DNA of 64,000 nucleotides from Eledone cirrhosa (taxonomy: Eukaryota): NCBI GenBank assembly GCA_964016885.1, contig OZ024741.1:337466001-337530000 (forward strand), read 5' to 3'. The first letter of the stretch is position 1, and the number at the start of each line of letters is the position of its first letter. Positions 28,071-40,342 of this stretch are shown here, piece by piece. The notes under the pieces were generated by a model. The model did not search any database and was not told where the DNA came from. It saw nothing but the letters and a program-made list of their open reading frames with translations. The position numbers and the translations under genes are program-made.

Positions 28071-28455
28071 CATCATCATCATCATCATTATTTTACGTCC
28101 GCTTTTCCCTGCAAGGGTGAGACGGGAACTGATTCTGGCTTGATTTCTACAGCTGGATGTCCTACCTAACACCAACCTCATTTACAGTGAGTGCTGGGTG
28201 CTTTTTTTTTTTCCGTGACACCTGCACGTCCACTTTACAGTGTGGGCTGGGTGCTTTTTTACTGTGGCACCTCCACGACCATTGCAGTGGAATGATAGGG
28301 ACCCCAGTCCTATCATCTCATTTCTGCAGCTGAGTAAACTGGAGCAATGTGGAATAAAGTGTCTTGCTCAAGGAAACAACACATCACCCGTTCTGAGAAT
28401 TGAACTCAACCTTTTGATTGCAAGGGCAATGCTCTAACCACTAAGCCATGTGCAT

Positions 28456-28456
<1 letters not shown>
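28071..28456 (-). mobile_element. SINE (family of 10286-10623)
   Basis: Reverse-complement copy with tRNA head and (ATC)n tail. Confidence 0.85.
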
Positions 28457-28512
<56 letters not shown>

Positions 28513-28804
28513 CATATATATATACATGATGGCTGCCCCCTTGTTATTGAGTATGGCCATTGCACGATATAACATTATTAATAAATTAATTCTATCGTGC
28601 AATGCCTGTGTGTGAAGATTCTTTTTAAAGTGAGGAAAGACTGTGCACTGAGCCAATCCCACTCTCTGAGCGACAGTAGCTATAACCCGAAAAGAAGAAA
28701 AGATCAACATCATCGGTAACTACTGAGGCTTTGTCAAGGCATTCTTCTAGGAGAAGACAACTCAGGAAACTGGGATAACTCCGATATAAACATATATATA
28801 TACA

Positions 28805-29332
28805 TACAGGCTGCCAACTCGTTTTGGAGTACAGCCACTACTTTATATCCATGTAGGAGAACCCCTACCGATGCGCTGAACGAGTGTGACTTTTTAGTCC
28901 AGCCAGCGACTTGAAAACTGGTACAAACACTACACTTGTGACAATTATTGACACTTAGTGCTGGGCCCATGGTACCATGTGATGACAAGTGCAGAGAGAT
29001 CTCCAGATACAAAGCAATGCCTGTGCCCTGAAGCTTTTATAGTGAGCAAAGGCACTGCACAAAGCCAGTCCCACTCTCTTAACCAAGATAATATTTACCA
29101 AAAAGAAGAACAAGCCAACATCATTGGATACCATCAGAGTTGCAGGTGTTATATCAGAGTTTTCCTTCTCCTAGAATTCTGCCTTGACAAAGGCTAAGGG
29201 GTCATCTCTCCCGGTGATTTTGGATGGCCATTGACTCTTAAGAGCTCCTTTGCCCTTTGACAGGTTTTGTTTTAGTCCTGCAGGATGTCCAAAGTCACCC
29301 TCCTCACCAAGAAACCTTGGTGGGGTTGCCAC
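28805..29332 (-). mobile_element. Short non-autonomous RTE-derived element
   Basis: Reverse-complement homolog of 43083-43613. A shorter relative lies at ~28528-28750. Confidence 0.65.
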
Positions 29333-29359
29333 CATACTTACATACATACATAAATACAT

Positions 29360-29455
<96 letters not shown>

Positions 29456-29580
29456 CGTTTCTGAATTTGTTTAGCAAGATTCTTTATCTGAAATTTGTAA
29501 ATTTATAAATATATAATAAATTGAAGTGAAAGCAACTGGTGCGTGTGTTTCTTATTGGCAACATGACCCTCCCAAAGTAT

Positions 29581-29626
<46 letters not shown>

Positions 29627-29639
29627 GTATATATCATGT

Positions 29640-32600
29640 TATCATCATCATCATCACCGTTTTACGTCCGTTCTTCCACGCTAGCATGGGTTAGACGGGT
29701 TGTCCTGTTGTGGGCAGTGTCTGGTCGGCTGACCATGCCTTGCTCATACAGGAACTGATTTGGCTTGATTTCTACAGCTGGATGCCCTTCCTAATACCAA
29801 CCTCATCTACAGTGAGTGCTGGGTGCTTTTTCGTGGTGCCTACACGTCCACTTTACAGTGTGGGCTGGGTGCTTTTTTGCCGTGGCACCTCCACAACCAC
29901 CTTGCAGTGGGTGGTGTGTGGGCATATTGTCTATATGCTTCAGCTTGTACCCATGGGAGGTCGGGTACTCTGTATTACTGTGTGACGCCAGAGGTCACGG
30001 TCGTGTGTTATCGCCTTTGAGAGGTATAATTGGGTAAGGTCGGCTTTTATCACCTCATCCCAGGTCATCTTGGGTCTCCCCACTCCGCGGTTTCCATCGA
30101 CTTCTAGTACTCTGCACCTTTTTCTGCAGCTGTCATCCTTCATACGCATCACATGTCCATACCAACGCAACCGCCTCTCCTGCACACAGGATTTGATTCC
30201 TCTTATGCTCAGTCTCTCTTTCAATTCATTTATGCTTTGTCGTTCGCGTATATTACTATTACACATCCATCGGAGCATGCAGGCTTCGTTTCTCTATAAT
30301 CTACGTAAGTCTTCCACCTTCAGCGCTCAGGTCTCACTACCATGCAACGTCGCTGTTCGGATACACGCATCATACAGTCTGCCTTTCATTTTGAGAGAGA
30401 AGCCTTTTGCAGCTAGCAGTGGTAGTAGTTCCCTAAACTTCTTCCATCCCGTTCTTACCCTAGTTATTGTACTTTCTGAACACCCACCTCCGCTGCTAAT
30501 TCGGTCACCTAGGTAGCAGAAGCTGTCTACTGTTTCTACAGAGCCCTCCCAGAGATTGGTGGTACTTGTTTCCTGCTTGGTGTCTCAGCACAGCTGCTGC
30601 ATGTGAAGCCTACATTCTTAATTAATGTTCCTGAGATCCCGCTACATCTCTTGTGTACCCATTGTTTACATTTGGGGCAGAGAATGGAGTTCCTACCTAC
30701 ACCTTTCCTACATACTGAGCAAGGCCATTTCCCTGAGACATTTTGGGTTCTGTTTTCTCATCTACTTACAAGGACCTTAGTCTTTGTCATGTTGACTTTG
30801 AGACCCTTTCTTTCTAGTCACTGCTTACAAGTTTGGAATTTCTTCTCTAGTTCTACCATAGATTCAGCTATAAGTGCGAGGTCATCAACATACAGGAGTT
30901 CCCATGGGCATCCGGTCTTAAACTCCTCCATTATTGCCAACAGGACTATGATGAACAGGAGGGGGCTAAGAACAGAGCCCTGGTGGACCCCAACCTGTAC
31001 GCTAAATTCCTCGCTATACTCATTGCTAATCCTAACTTTGCTGACTGCTCCCCTGTACATGGCCTGTACAGCTTTCACAAGCCATTCATCTACTCCTAGT
31101 TTTCTAAGAGCCCACCAGATTACAGCACGTGGAACTCTGTCAAAGGCTTTCTCGAGATCGATGAATGCCAGGGCGAGTGGCTTACTTTTAGCTAGGTACG
31201 TTTCCTGTAACTGCCTCACAAGGAAGAGGGCAATCAGTGGTGCCTCTTCCTGGTACAAACCCAAATTGCATCTCATCTAGTTTCACCTGGTCGCTAATCA
31301 ACTGTGATATAACTCTTTCTGTTACTTTCATGACCTGGTCCATCAGCTTTATACCTCTATAGTTTCCTCTATCGAGTGCATCACCTTTACCTTTGTAGCA
31401 GTTGACAATGATGCTACTGCACCAATCTTTTGGTATGACACCTTCTAGTATTACCTGGTTAACAATACGTGTGGTTATAGTGTGACCCAGATGCCTTCAG
31501 CATCTCGACAGTTATACCCGATGGACCGGTTGCCTTCCCCATCTTCATATCTTTGATTGCCTTACTTACTACGCTGCTGCTGACTTGTACTGCTGGCCCC
31601 TCTATAGGGTCTACTTGGGGTAGGGTCTCTTCTTCCCATGCATTCTCCTCATTTAGTAATCTATCATAATGACTCTTCCATGCATCTTTCTTCTCAGCAC
31701 TTGTGAGGGCAAGCTCACCTTTATCATTCCAGATACACTTCTCTCCAATGACATCACAATTCTCTCTGACACACTGCCTCACAATCTTGAACACCTCCTG
31801 TTTCTGCTCCTCACGTTGCAAAACATGCTTGAATTTTCTATCCTCTGCTTCCCTCCTAGCTAAGTATACTTGTCGCCTAGCTTCCCTCTTGGTCTCTATG
31901 TAATGTACCCTGCTCCCCCCCGTTCTTCCATTCTTTCCATGCCTGTCTCTTGGCCTTAACTGCTTCATCTACCTTATTGTTCCACCACCAAGTCACTCTC
32001 CTCCTGCATGTGGTCTTACTCCAGCCACAGACCTCATCCGTCGCCTCTAGTAAATTATTTTTTAGGAACTCCCAGTTCTCTTCTACATTGAATGTCTCTA
32101 TCTGTTCTTCTTTACTGTCGTAAGCGTTGAGTAAAATATCTTTAAATCTGTTACTGGTTGAGGAGTCTTTCAGCTTCCAGATCTTTCTTCTCCAGGTTGG
32201 CCTCTGTTTCCACGTTCGTCTAGTTCTGACTGTGAGGTCGCTGACAACTAAGCTATGTTGGGATGTACATTCCTCACTAGGGAAGGCTTTTGTGTTTACG
32301 ACAGTCCATCTGTCATGTCCTCTGATGAGGATAAAATCTATCTGACTAGAATGCTCCCCTGATCTATAGGTGATCAGGTGGTTGTCGGGTTTTTTGAAGT
32401 TTGTGTTACATATCGACATGTCATTGGCGTCGCAGAATTCTAGAAGTCTGAATCCTTCCTCATTTCTTGTGCCAACCCCATGGCCTCCATGGACTCTATT
32501 GAAGCCATCACAGTGTTTACCTACGTGTCCGTTAAAATCTCCTGCGATGATTAGGAAGTCATTGTCGTTTGTTAGAGCAGTAGTGTGACTCGTAAAACCT

Positions 32601-33480
32601 ATCCTTAATTTCGTCTCGCAACCCCGATTGGGGTGAGTAAGCTGATATTATTGTGGTAATTGTTTTATTCAGGACTAGTCTGAGTTTAATGATTCTTGCA
32701 TTTACCCTGTACACTGTGATTACTTTATCTACCCACTTATCAGCTAGTAGTATACCAACACCACCCATCCCATCATCATTTCCCACCCAGAAAAATTTGT
32801 AGCACCGACTTTTTCCTACAAGGACTCTAGCAGACTCTCCTCTCCATCTAGTCTCTTGCACACAGCATACATCAATTTCCTTTCGCTCTAGCATTTCTAC
32901 GATTTCTCCTGCTGTTCCTTTCATTGTGCTTACATTGATGGTACCAACTCGGAGTTTTGGGCATTTGTCGACACTCGTCGGGAAGGGTCTATGGATTGGC
33001 ACTTCACATGGGTGCTTGGTAGCTCGCTGATTCATATTTCATCTATTAATTCAGAGTTGCTCAAATTTATTCTCAGCTCATCCATCCATAACGGTAGGAA
33101 AATTCAGGGCTAGAAGAACAGTGGTGGTGGAATAATGGCAGGGTGTGTTGGGCTGGGACAGGGGAGGAGAGAGTTAGTTAGGTAGTAGTAGCAGAAGAAA
33201 TGGTATGTTGAGGTTTGATTGGTCGAATAGGGTATGGTGGGTGGGAGGGGAATCGTGAGGTAGAGAGAGGGTCGCCGTCAAGATGGATGACTGGAACGAA
33301 GCTAAATCAACTCTAGTGATTCATTTTAGCCTTTCAGAATAGAGTGTCTTATCTCTTCAATAGCTTCAAGATGAGTGAGGTGGAATGGGTGAAGAGGGAA
33401 CGGAAGGTAATGGGTGGCTTAGAGATAGATAGAGAGAGGGTAGCCATCATAGAGAGAGGGTCGCCGCATGGCAAAGTAGC
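29640..33480 (-). mobile_element. Near full-length, degenerate RTE-clade LINE
   Basis: APE: LRVGTINV, CCVQETRW, SAYSPQ, QIDFIL. RT: FIDLEKAFDRVP, GVHQGSVLSPLLF, LLYVDDL. C-terminus: RLRWYGHV..GRPK. (GAT)n tail, multiple frameshifts and stops. The 5' limit is approximate. Confidence 0.9.
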
Positions 33481-33518
<38 letters not shown>

Positions 33519-33544
33519 GTATATATATATATATATATATATAC

Positions 33545-33624
<80 letters not shown>

Positions 33625-33676
33625 TTATTGAATTTGTTTAGCAAGACTCTTTATCTGAAAACGTGTGTCGAAACCG

Positions 33677-33868
33677 ATATTGTTATACTCTGGGAGGGTC
33701 ATGTTGCCAATAAGAAACACACGCACCAGTTGCTTTCACTTCAATTTATTATAAATTAAATTTATGAATTTATGAATTTATAAATTTAATTTATAATAAA
33801 TTGAAGTGAAAGCAACTGGTGCGCGTGTTACTTATTGGCAACATGACCCTCCCAAAGCATAACAATAT
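33677..33868. repeat. ~190-bp near-perfect palindrome of a dispersed module
   Basis: atattgttatactctgggagggtcatgttgccaataag... mirrored by ...cttattggcaacatgaccctcccaaagcataacaatat. Single arms occur at ~13096, ~29512-29588 and ~61706. Confidence 0.85.
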
Positions 33869-33914
33869 ATATATATATATATATATCGAAAGTATATATA
33901 TATATATACATCGA

Positions 33915-35658
33915 AAGGGGTGGTGTGGATGGGGTGGGGGGGTGGGACAAGGGTGTATTTTTGTTAGAGGTGCCTACTGACTGTAGGTTTCGCTTTGTAC
34001 TTAGGCAAGGCTGGTCTTCTGTATTACTGTGTAGCGCCAAAGATCTCGGTCCAGTGAAATTGTCTTGGAGAGGTGTAAGTGTGTCAGGTCAGAATTTATC
34101 AAGTCGTCCCAGGTTTTTCTGGGTCTGCCTACTCCGTGTCTATTTTTATCGCCCTGCACTTTTTTATACAGCTGTCATCTTTCATGCGCATCACGTGACC
34201 ATACCAACGTAGTCTTCTCTCGAGTAAACAACATCTGATTCCTCTTATTCCTAATTTCTCCCTTAGTTCATTTATGCTTTGCCGTTCACGTATATTACTA
34301 TTACACATCCAACGGAGCATGCAAGCTTCGTTCCTTTCCAGTCTGCTTATATCCTCTGCACACAATGCCCAAGTCTAACTGCCATGTAACATTGCTGTTC
34401 ATATGCAGGCATCATACAGCCTGCCTTTCATTTTTAGAGAGAACCCTTTAGCAGCCAATAGTGGTATAAGCTCTCTGAACTTTTTCCATCCCGTTCTGAC
34501 TCTAGCTACTGTACTTTCAGAGCACCCTCCACCACTGCTGATTTTGTCACCCAGGTAACGGAAGGTGTCCACTATTTCTATAGAACCACCTGTGCAATGG
34601 AATGAGCTAGTATTCTGTGGGCACTTGCTGCTACTTATTGCACCTGAGCACCGGCCACATATAAAATCTATATTCTTAGTTAGCTTACCTGTGATCCCAC
34701 TACATCTTTTATGCACCCATACTTTGCATTTGGGACATAAAATGGAGTTTCTGCCTACTCCTTTCCTATACACTGAGCATGGCCATTTCCTAGATGGGAC
34801 CAGTGCCCTATTTTCCTTCCTACAAACTAGAACTTTAGTCTTAGACAGGTTAATTTTAAGGCCTTTTGATTCTAGGCCATGCTTCCATGTTTGGAATTTC
34901 TTCCCTAGTTCAGCCATTGATTCAGCTATGAGCGTTAGATCATCTGCGTATAGAAGTTCCCATGGGCAGCCAGTCTTGAACTCCTCTGTTATAGCCTGAA
35001 GGGCAATAATAAATAGTAGGGGGCTAAGGACGGAGCCCTGATGAACACAAACATTTACGCTAAACTCTTCACTATATTCGTTGTTAATTCTAACCTTGCT
35101 GACTGTTTCTTTATACATGGCTTGTATAGCTCTCACAAGCCATTCATCAACACCTAGTTTTCTAAGGGCCCACCAAATAATCGAGCAGGGTACTCTGTCA
35201 AAGGCTTTCTCCAAGTCAACAAAAGCTAAGTATAGGAGTTTACTTTTAGCTAGGTACTTCTCCTGTAGTTGTCGTACAATGAAAAGAGCGTCTGTTGTAC
35301 TTTTACCTGACACAAACCCGAACTGCATTTCATCTAGATCAATTCGCTCTCTGATTAGTTATGCTATTACTTTTTCTGTGACCTTCATGACCTGGTCAAT
35401 TAATTTAATGCCTCTATAGTTTCCCCTATCTAGGGCGTCTCCTTTACCCTTGTAGCAGTTATTGATGATGCTGCTACGCCAGTCCTTCGGTACGACCCCA
35501 TTCTGTATGACTTGGTTTACTATCCAGGTGACCATAGTGTGTCCCACCGTTCCAGATGCTTTCAGCATTTCAGCAACTATTTCTGAAGGCCCAGCCGCCT
35601 TGCCTGTCTTCATGTCTTTGATCACCTTACTTATTATACTACCTTCAACTTGCACTGC
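33915..35658 (-). mobile_element. 5'-truncated RTE-clade LINE
   Basis: NYRGIKL, QFGF, FVDLEKAFDRVP, HQGSVLSPLLF, YADD, a PHD-like C..C..WVHKRC insert, and RLRWYGHV. Confidence 0.9.
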
Positions 35659-35691
35659 TGGTTATATATATATATGCATGTATATATATAT

Positions 35692-35722
<31 letters not shown>

Positions 35723-36215
35723 ATATGGAAAACGAAGAATCAGTGATGCATCGGAGCACAATTCATTACGTATTGCAATTGTTTCTCCGGTGAACAGCTC
35801 GAGGTGCGATCTGTTTGTGGATCAAACCTGACTCTTGATTTGCAAGTTCATCAGATACGCCGGAGAAACAATTGTAATACCTAATAAATTGTGTTCTTGT
35901 GTTCCGTTGTATCACTGGTTCTTCGTTTTCTATGTTATAATGCTCTGCTCCGAAGGAGCATAGAGTGCTCAACCAACATACCGCCTATGGACGCATCCTA
36001 GCAACCATACGACATATATATATATATATGTATGGATATATATGCATATGTATAAATATATATGCATATATATATACATACCTACACAAAAATAAAACAG
36101 ATACACAATGATGTGTATGTATGCATATAAGTATGTATAAACAAAGAAAAACTCACACATACAATTATATTAGACTGTATATATATTTATATTATATTAT
36201 ACTCACTCTATATAT

Positions 36216-36271
<56 letters not shown>

Positions 36272-36301
36272 AGATCAAAAGATGGTTAAAAGAGTTCCAA
36301 G

Positions 36302-36372
36302 TATTTTATTATGTGCATTTCAAAAACAAATATCATCATGGGATGATATCTGCGTTCTCATCAGATAAAATA
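36302..36372 (-). ncRNA. Putative type I hammerhead ribozyme with long stem II
   Basis: Minus strand: tattttat CTGATGA gaacgcagatatcatc-ccat-gatgatatttgttttt GAAA tgcaca TA ataaaata; 8-bp stem I, ~15-bp stem II. Confidence 0.65.
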
Positions 36373-37270
36373 GTGATACATCATATGAAGCTTAAAAAAC
36401 ACTTGTGAATAGTGAAGTTTTAAATTAACATATATATATCAACACATATATATATATATATAAATATATACATTAAACAGCGATGATGATGATGATAATG
36501 ATTATATGTAAATATATATATATATATATATGCATATATATATGTATTATGCATGCCTACGTATTCATCTTAGCTAGATTCTTAAGATTGTGTAATTTTT
36601 GTTGTCTTTTTTGTGCGAAATAAAGCTAGATAAAATGTTAGAGAAACCATCAAGTAAATACAAAGTTCGAGCTAAGATTAGCTTTATCCAAATAGATATC
36701 AGTAATTTAAATATCTAAGCAAGGTCTCAGAAGTTGACTCTAGTGCAGTGAAATACATCACCATTGCATTCAGATAAAGAGGTTTAATTTTTCTTCAATG
36801 TCTCTTCATAAATCATTGATTATTGTTACTACAAAAGTGCCTCAATAGATCGGCGGCATAACTATCTCTGTTCTTTAGGCCTACACTTCAGTGGCATCTC
36901 TTAATTTATCATAATATCTCTTTCCTCTCAGGCTAAAATCATAATATCCTATCCACTATGTTTTGTACTGCGTGTATTATACAGAGTTTAAATATCTGTG
37001 CAATTTTATTCTCTTTTAGCACTTTAGAGAGAGAGGGAGGGCAGGCTGTGTGTGTATGTGTGCGTGCATAAATTACATACATATGCACATATATGTATAT
37101 ACATATGTATATATAGATATAGATATATGAATATATATATATATATATCTGTGTGTATGTATGTATATGTATACATATATACATGTATATATATATTTAC
37201 ATATACATATATATATGTGTATATATATATATATACACACACACACATATATATACACATATACACACAG

Positions 37271-37320
<50 letters not shown>

Positions 37321-37711
37321 TATATTATATACATATATAACACATGCATGTATACATATATATATATATGAGAAGAGAGGAGAAGAGAGAGACGGAATCT
37401 CCCTGAAGATGTTTTCCCGTCACTACTTGACCTTCAAAGATTTGTAACAAGTTATTGATCACCTGAATCTTACCTCAATTGCTTGCTTATACATCTTAGG
37501 TCTTTGAAAACCCTGAGGGGGCTGGGTTCCAAAACTGGCGTGGGGAGGGGGGTCCATTTCCTTTGAGATAGTTGAGCAAGAGGTAGATATCACTAATGTC
37601 ATCTCTGTATTAACTATTGAACATCACTACCATTATATCAATAAATTCCCTGGTTATTAGAGATAAAGCAACTATCTTCAATTATATATATATATAAATT
37701 ACATACATATG

Positions 37712-37829
<118 letters not shown>

Positions 37830-38347
37830 AAGAGAGAGAGAATGATACTTACATATATATATATACATATACATATGGACACACATACATATATATATAT
37901 TTATATATATATTCATATATATGTGAGTGGTTAAAAAGACACAAGAAAATTGTGATTAAATATTACCTTTGTAAATTCTTCTGTATCTGTATAAATATAT
38001 ACACACAGACTATTCATATATATGTGTGTGAATGTATGTAAGTATGCATGTATGTATGCATGTATGTATGTATGTATGTATACATGCATGCATCTAAGTA
38101 TGTATGTTTGTTTTTTTGTATGTACATATGTATGTTTGTATGTATGTCTGTATATATGTATGTGTGTGTCTGTGTGTGTATGTAATGTAAGCACATTTAC
38201 CTTTTTGTTACCCAAAGGGTTGTACATGAAAACTTTGAGTAACCACAGAGTGAATCACCAGCTTTGAATACATACACACACACACACATACATACAATTA
38301 TATATATATATATATATATATATACATGCATATATGTATGTATATAT

Positions 38348-38419
<72 letters not shown>

Positions 38420-38423
38420 TGTG

Positions 38424-38469
<46 letters not shown>

Positions 38470-38519
38470 AATATATATGTATATATGTATATATATATAT
38501 ATATGTATATATGTAAATA

Positions 38520-38582
<63 letters not shown>

Positions 38583-38735
38583 ATAAATGCTCTGAAATAG
38601 CGATATATATGTGAATATAGACATAGAATATTCGAAAATATTCTGTATGTTTATAATAAACATTTTGAAGACCTAATCGCTATAGAATAGAATACGTCAC
38701 GTATTACAATTAGATTCTCGATAAAAGCAAGGGAA

Positions 38736-38778
38736 GTAATCTACGCGTTTCATTCTTGTTAGAATTCATCAGGACTAC
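38736..38778 (-). ncRNA. Minimal type I hammerhead ribozyme (unit 1)
   Basis: Minus strand: gtagtc CTGATGA attct-aaca-agaat GAAA cgcg TA gattac. Confidence 0.8.
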
Positions 38779-39045
38779 ATATCCAGTGCTTTTATCGAGA
38801 ATGACACAGCTAGAGACTTATAGAATACTTAGCTGTGTACAGGAACTGGTTTGAAAGAGCGGTTGCCGGTCCGGCAGAAATTAGAAATTGGAATAAATGC
38901 TCTGAAATAGCGATATATATGTGAATATAGACATAGAATATTCGAAAATATTCTGTATGTTTATAATAAACATTTTGAAGACCTAATCGCTATAGAATAG
39001 AATACGTCACGTATTACAATTAGATTCTCGATAAAAGCAAGGGAA

Positions 39046-39088
39046 GTAATCTACGCGTTTCATTCTTGTTAGAATTCATCAGGACTAC
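39046..39088 (-). ncRNA. Minimal type I hammerhead ribozyme (unit 2)
   Basis: Same motif, offset +310. Confidence 0.8.
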
Positions 39089-39355
39089 ATATCCAGTGCT
39101 TTTATCGAGAATGACACAGCTAGAGACTTATAGAATACTTAGCTGTGTACAGGAACTGGTTTGAAAGAGCGGTTGCCGGTCCGGCAGAAATTAGAAATTG
39201 GAATAAATGCTCTGAAATAGCGATATATATGTGAATATAGACATAGAATATTCGAAAATATTCTGTATGTTTATAATAAACATTTTGAAGACCTAATCGC
39301 TATAGAATAGAATACGTCACGTATTACAATTAGATTCTCGATAAAAGCAAGGGAA

Positions 39356-39398
39356 GTAATCTACGCGTTTCATTCTTGTTAGAATTCATCAGGACTAC
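39356..39398 (-). ncRNA. Minimal type I hammerhead ribozyme (unit 3)
   Basis: Same motif, offset +620. Confidence 0.8.
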
Positions 39399-39737
39399 AT
39401 ATCCAGTGCTTTTATCGAGAATGACACAGCTAGAGACTTATAGAATACTTAGCTGTGTACAGGAACTGGTTTGAAAGAGCGGTTGCCGGTCCGGCAGAAA
39501 TTAGAAATTGGAATAAATGCTCTGAAATAGCGATATATATGTGAATATAGACATAGAATATTCGAAAATATTCTGTATGTTTATAATAAACATTTTGAAG
39601 ACCTAATCGCTATTCCAATTTATTCCAATTTCTAATTTCTGCCGGACCGGCAACCGCTCTTTCAAACCAGTTCCTGTACACAGCTAAGTATTCTATAAGT
39701 CTCTAGCTGTGTCATTCTCGATAAAAGCACTGGATAT

Positions 39738-39780
39738 GTAGTCCTGATGAATTCTAACAAGAATGAAACGCGTAGATTAC
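39738..39780 (+). ncRNA. Minimal type I hammerhead ribozyme (inverted unit)
   Basis: gtagtc CTGATGA attct aaca agaat GAAA cgcg TA gattac, read directly on the + strand; predicted cut after 39774. Confidence 0.8.
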
Positions 39781-39892
39781 TTCCCTTGCTTTTATCGAGA
39801 ATCTAATTGTAATACGTGACGTATTCTATTCTATAGCGATTAGGTCTTCAAAATGTTTATTATAAACATACAGAATATTTTCGAATATTCTA

Positions 39893-39927
<35 letters not shown>

Positions 39928-40130
39928 CTGTGTCTGAGTTTGTAAGCGTGCATATGCAGATGTATGATATTTCATTGAAGAAATCTATGTTTGCATATTT
40001 TGTTTTATATATTTATGTTATGTATATATTTATTGGTGAAGAATTTCTTCAATAGTTTAGTAAAGAAACTATGTGTTTATATACATAAAGATTTGTATAT
40101 CTGAAGGTAAAGTTCTACCTGTGAACTTTG

Positions 40131-40249
40131 GTCATCATCATTGACATAAACTAGAGAACTATCAAACATACAAGAAACAGAAATACTGCATACATATTTG
40201 TCCACACTCCAAGCAATAACATCTCTCTCTCTCTTTCTCTCTCTCTTTC

Positions 40250-40284
<35 letters not shown>

Positions 40285-40308
40285 GTGATTGCAAGGCCAA
40301 TGCTCTAA

Positions 40309-40342
<34 letters not shown>

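Larger units (their letters stand above)
38577..39901. mobile_element. Retrozyme-like / Penelope pseudo-LTR-like array: 310-bp unit x ~3.3 plus an inverted copy
   Basis: gaataaatgc recurs at 38581, 38891, 39201 and 39511; inverted copy at 39618-39901; each full unit holds one hammerhead; (TA)n on both flanks. Confidence 0.85.

Noticed and set aside
33650-33682. CTGAAAA..GAAACCGATA hammerhead-like string
   Set aside because: C3-A8 mismatch, no stem II and a broken stem III.
37385-37680. Possible further RT remnant on the minus strand
   Set aside because: Only vague motif resemblance (MYKQ); too decayed to call by eye.
38577-39613. CRISPR-like periodicity
   Set aside because: Whole 310-bp units are identical with no unique spacers, and the context is eukaryotic with no cas genes.
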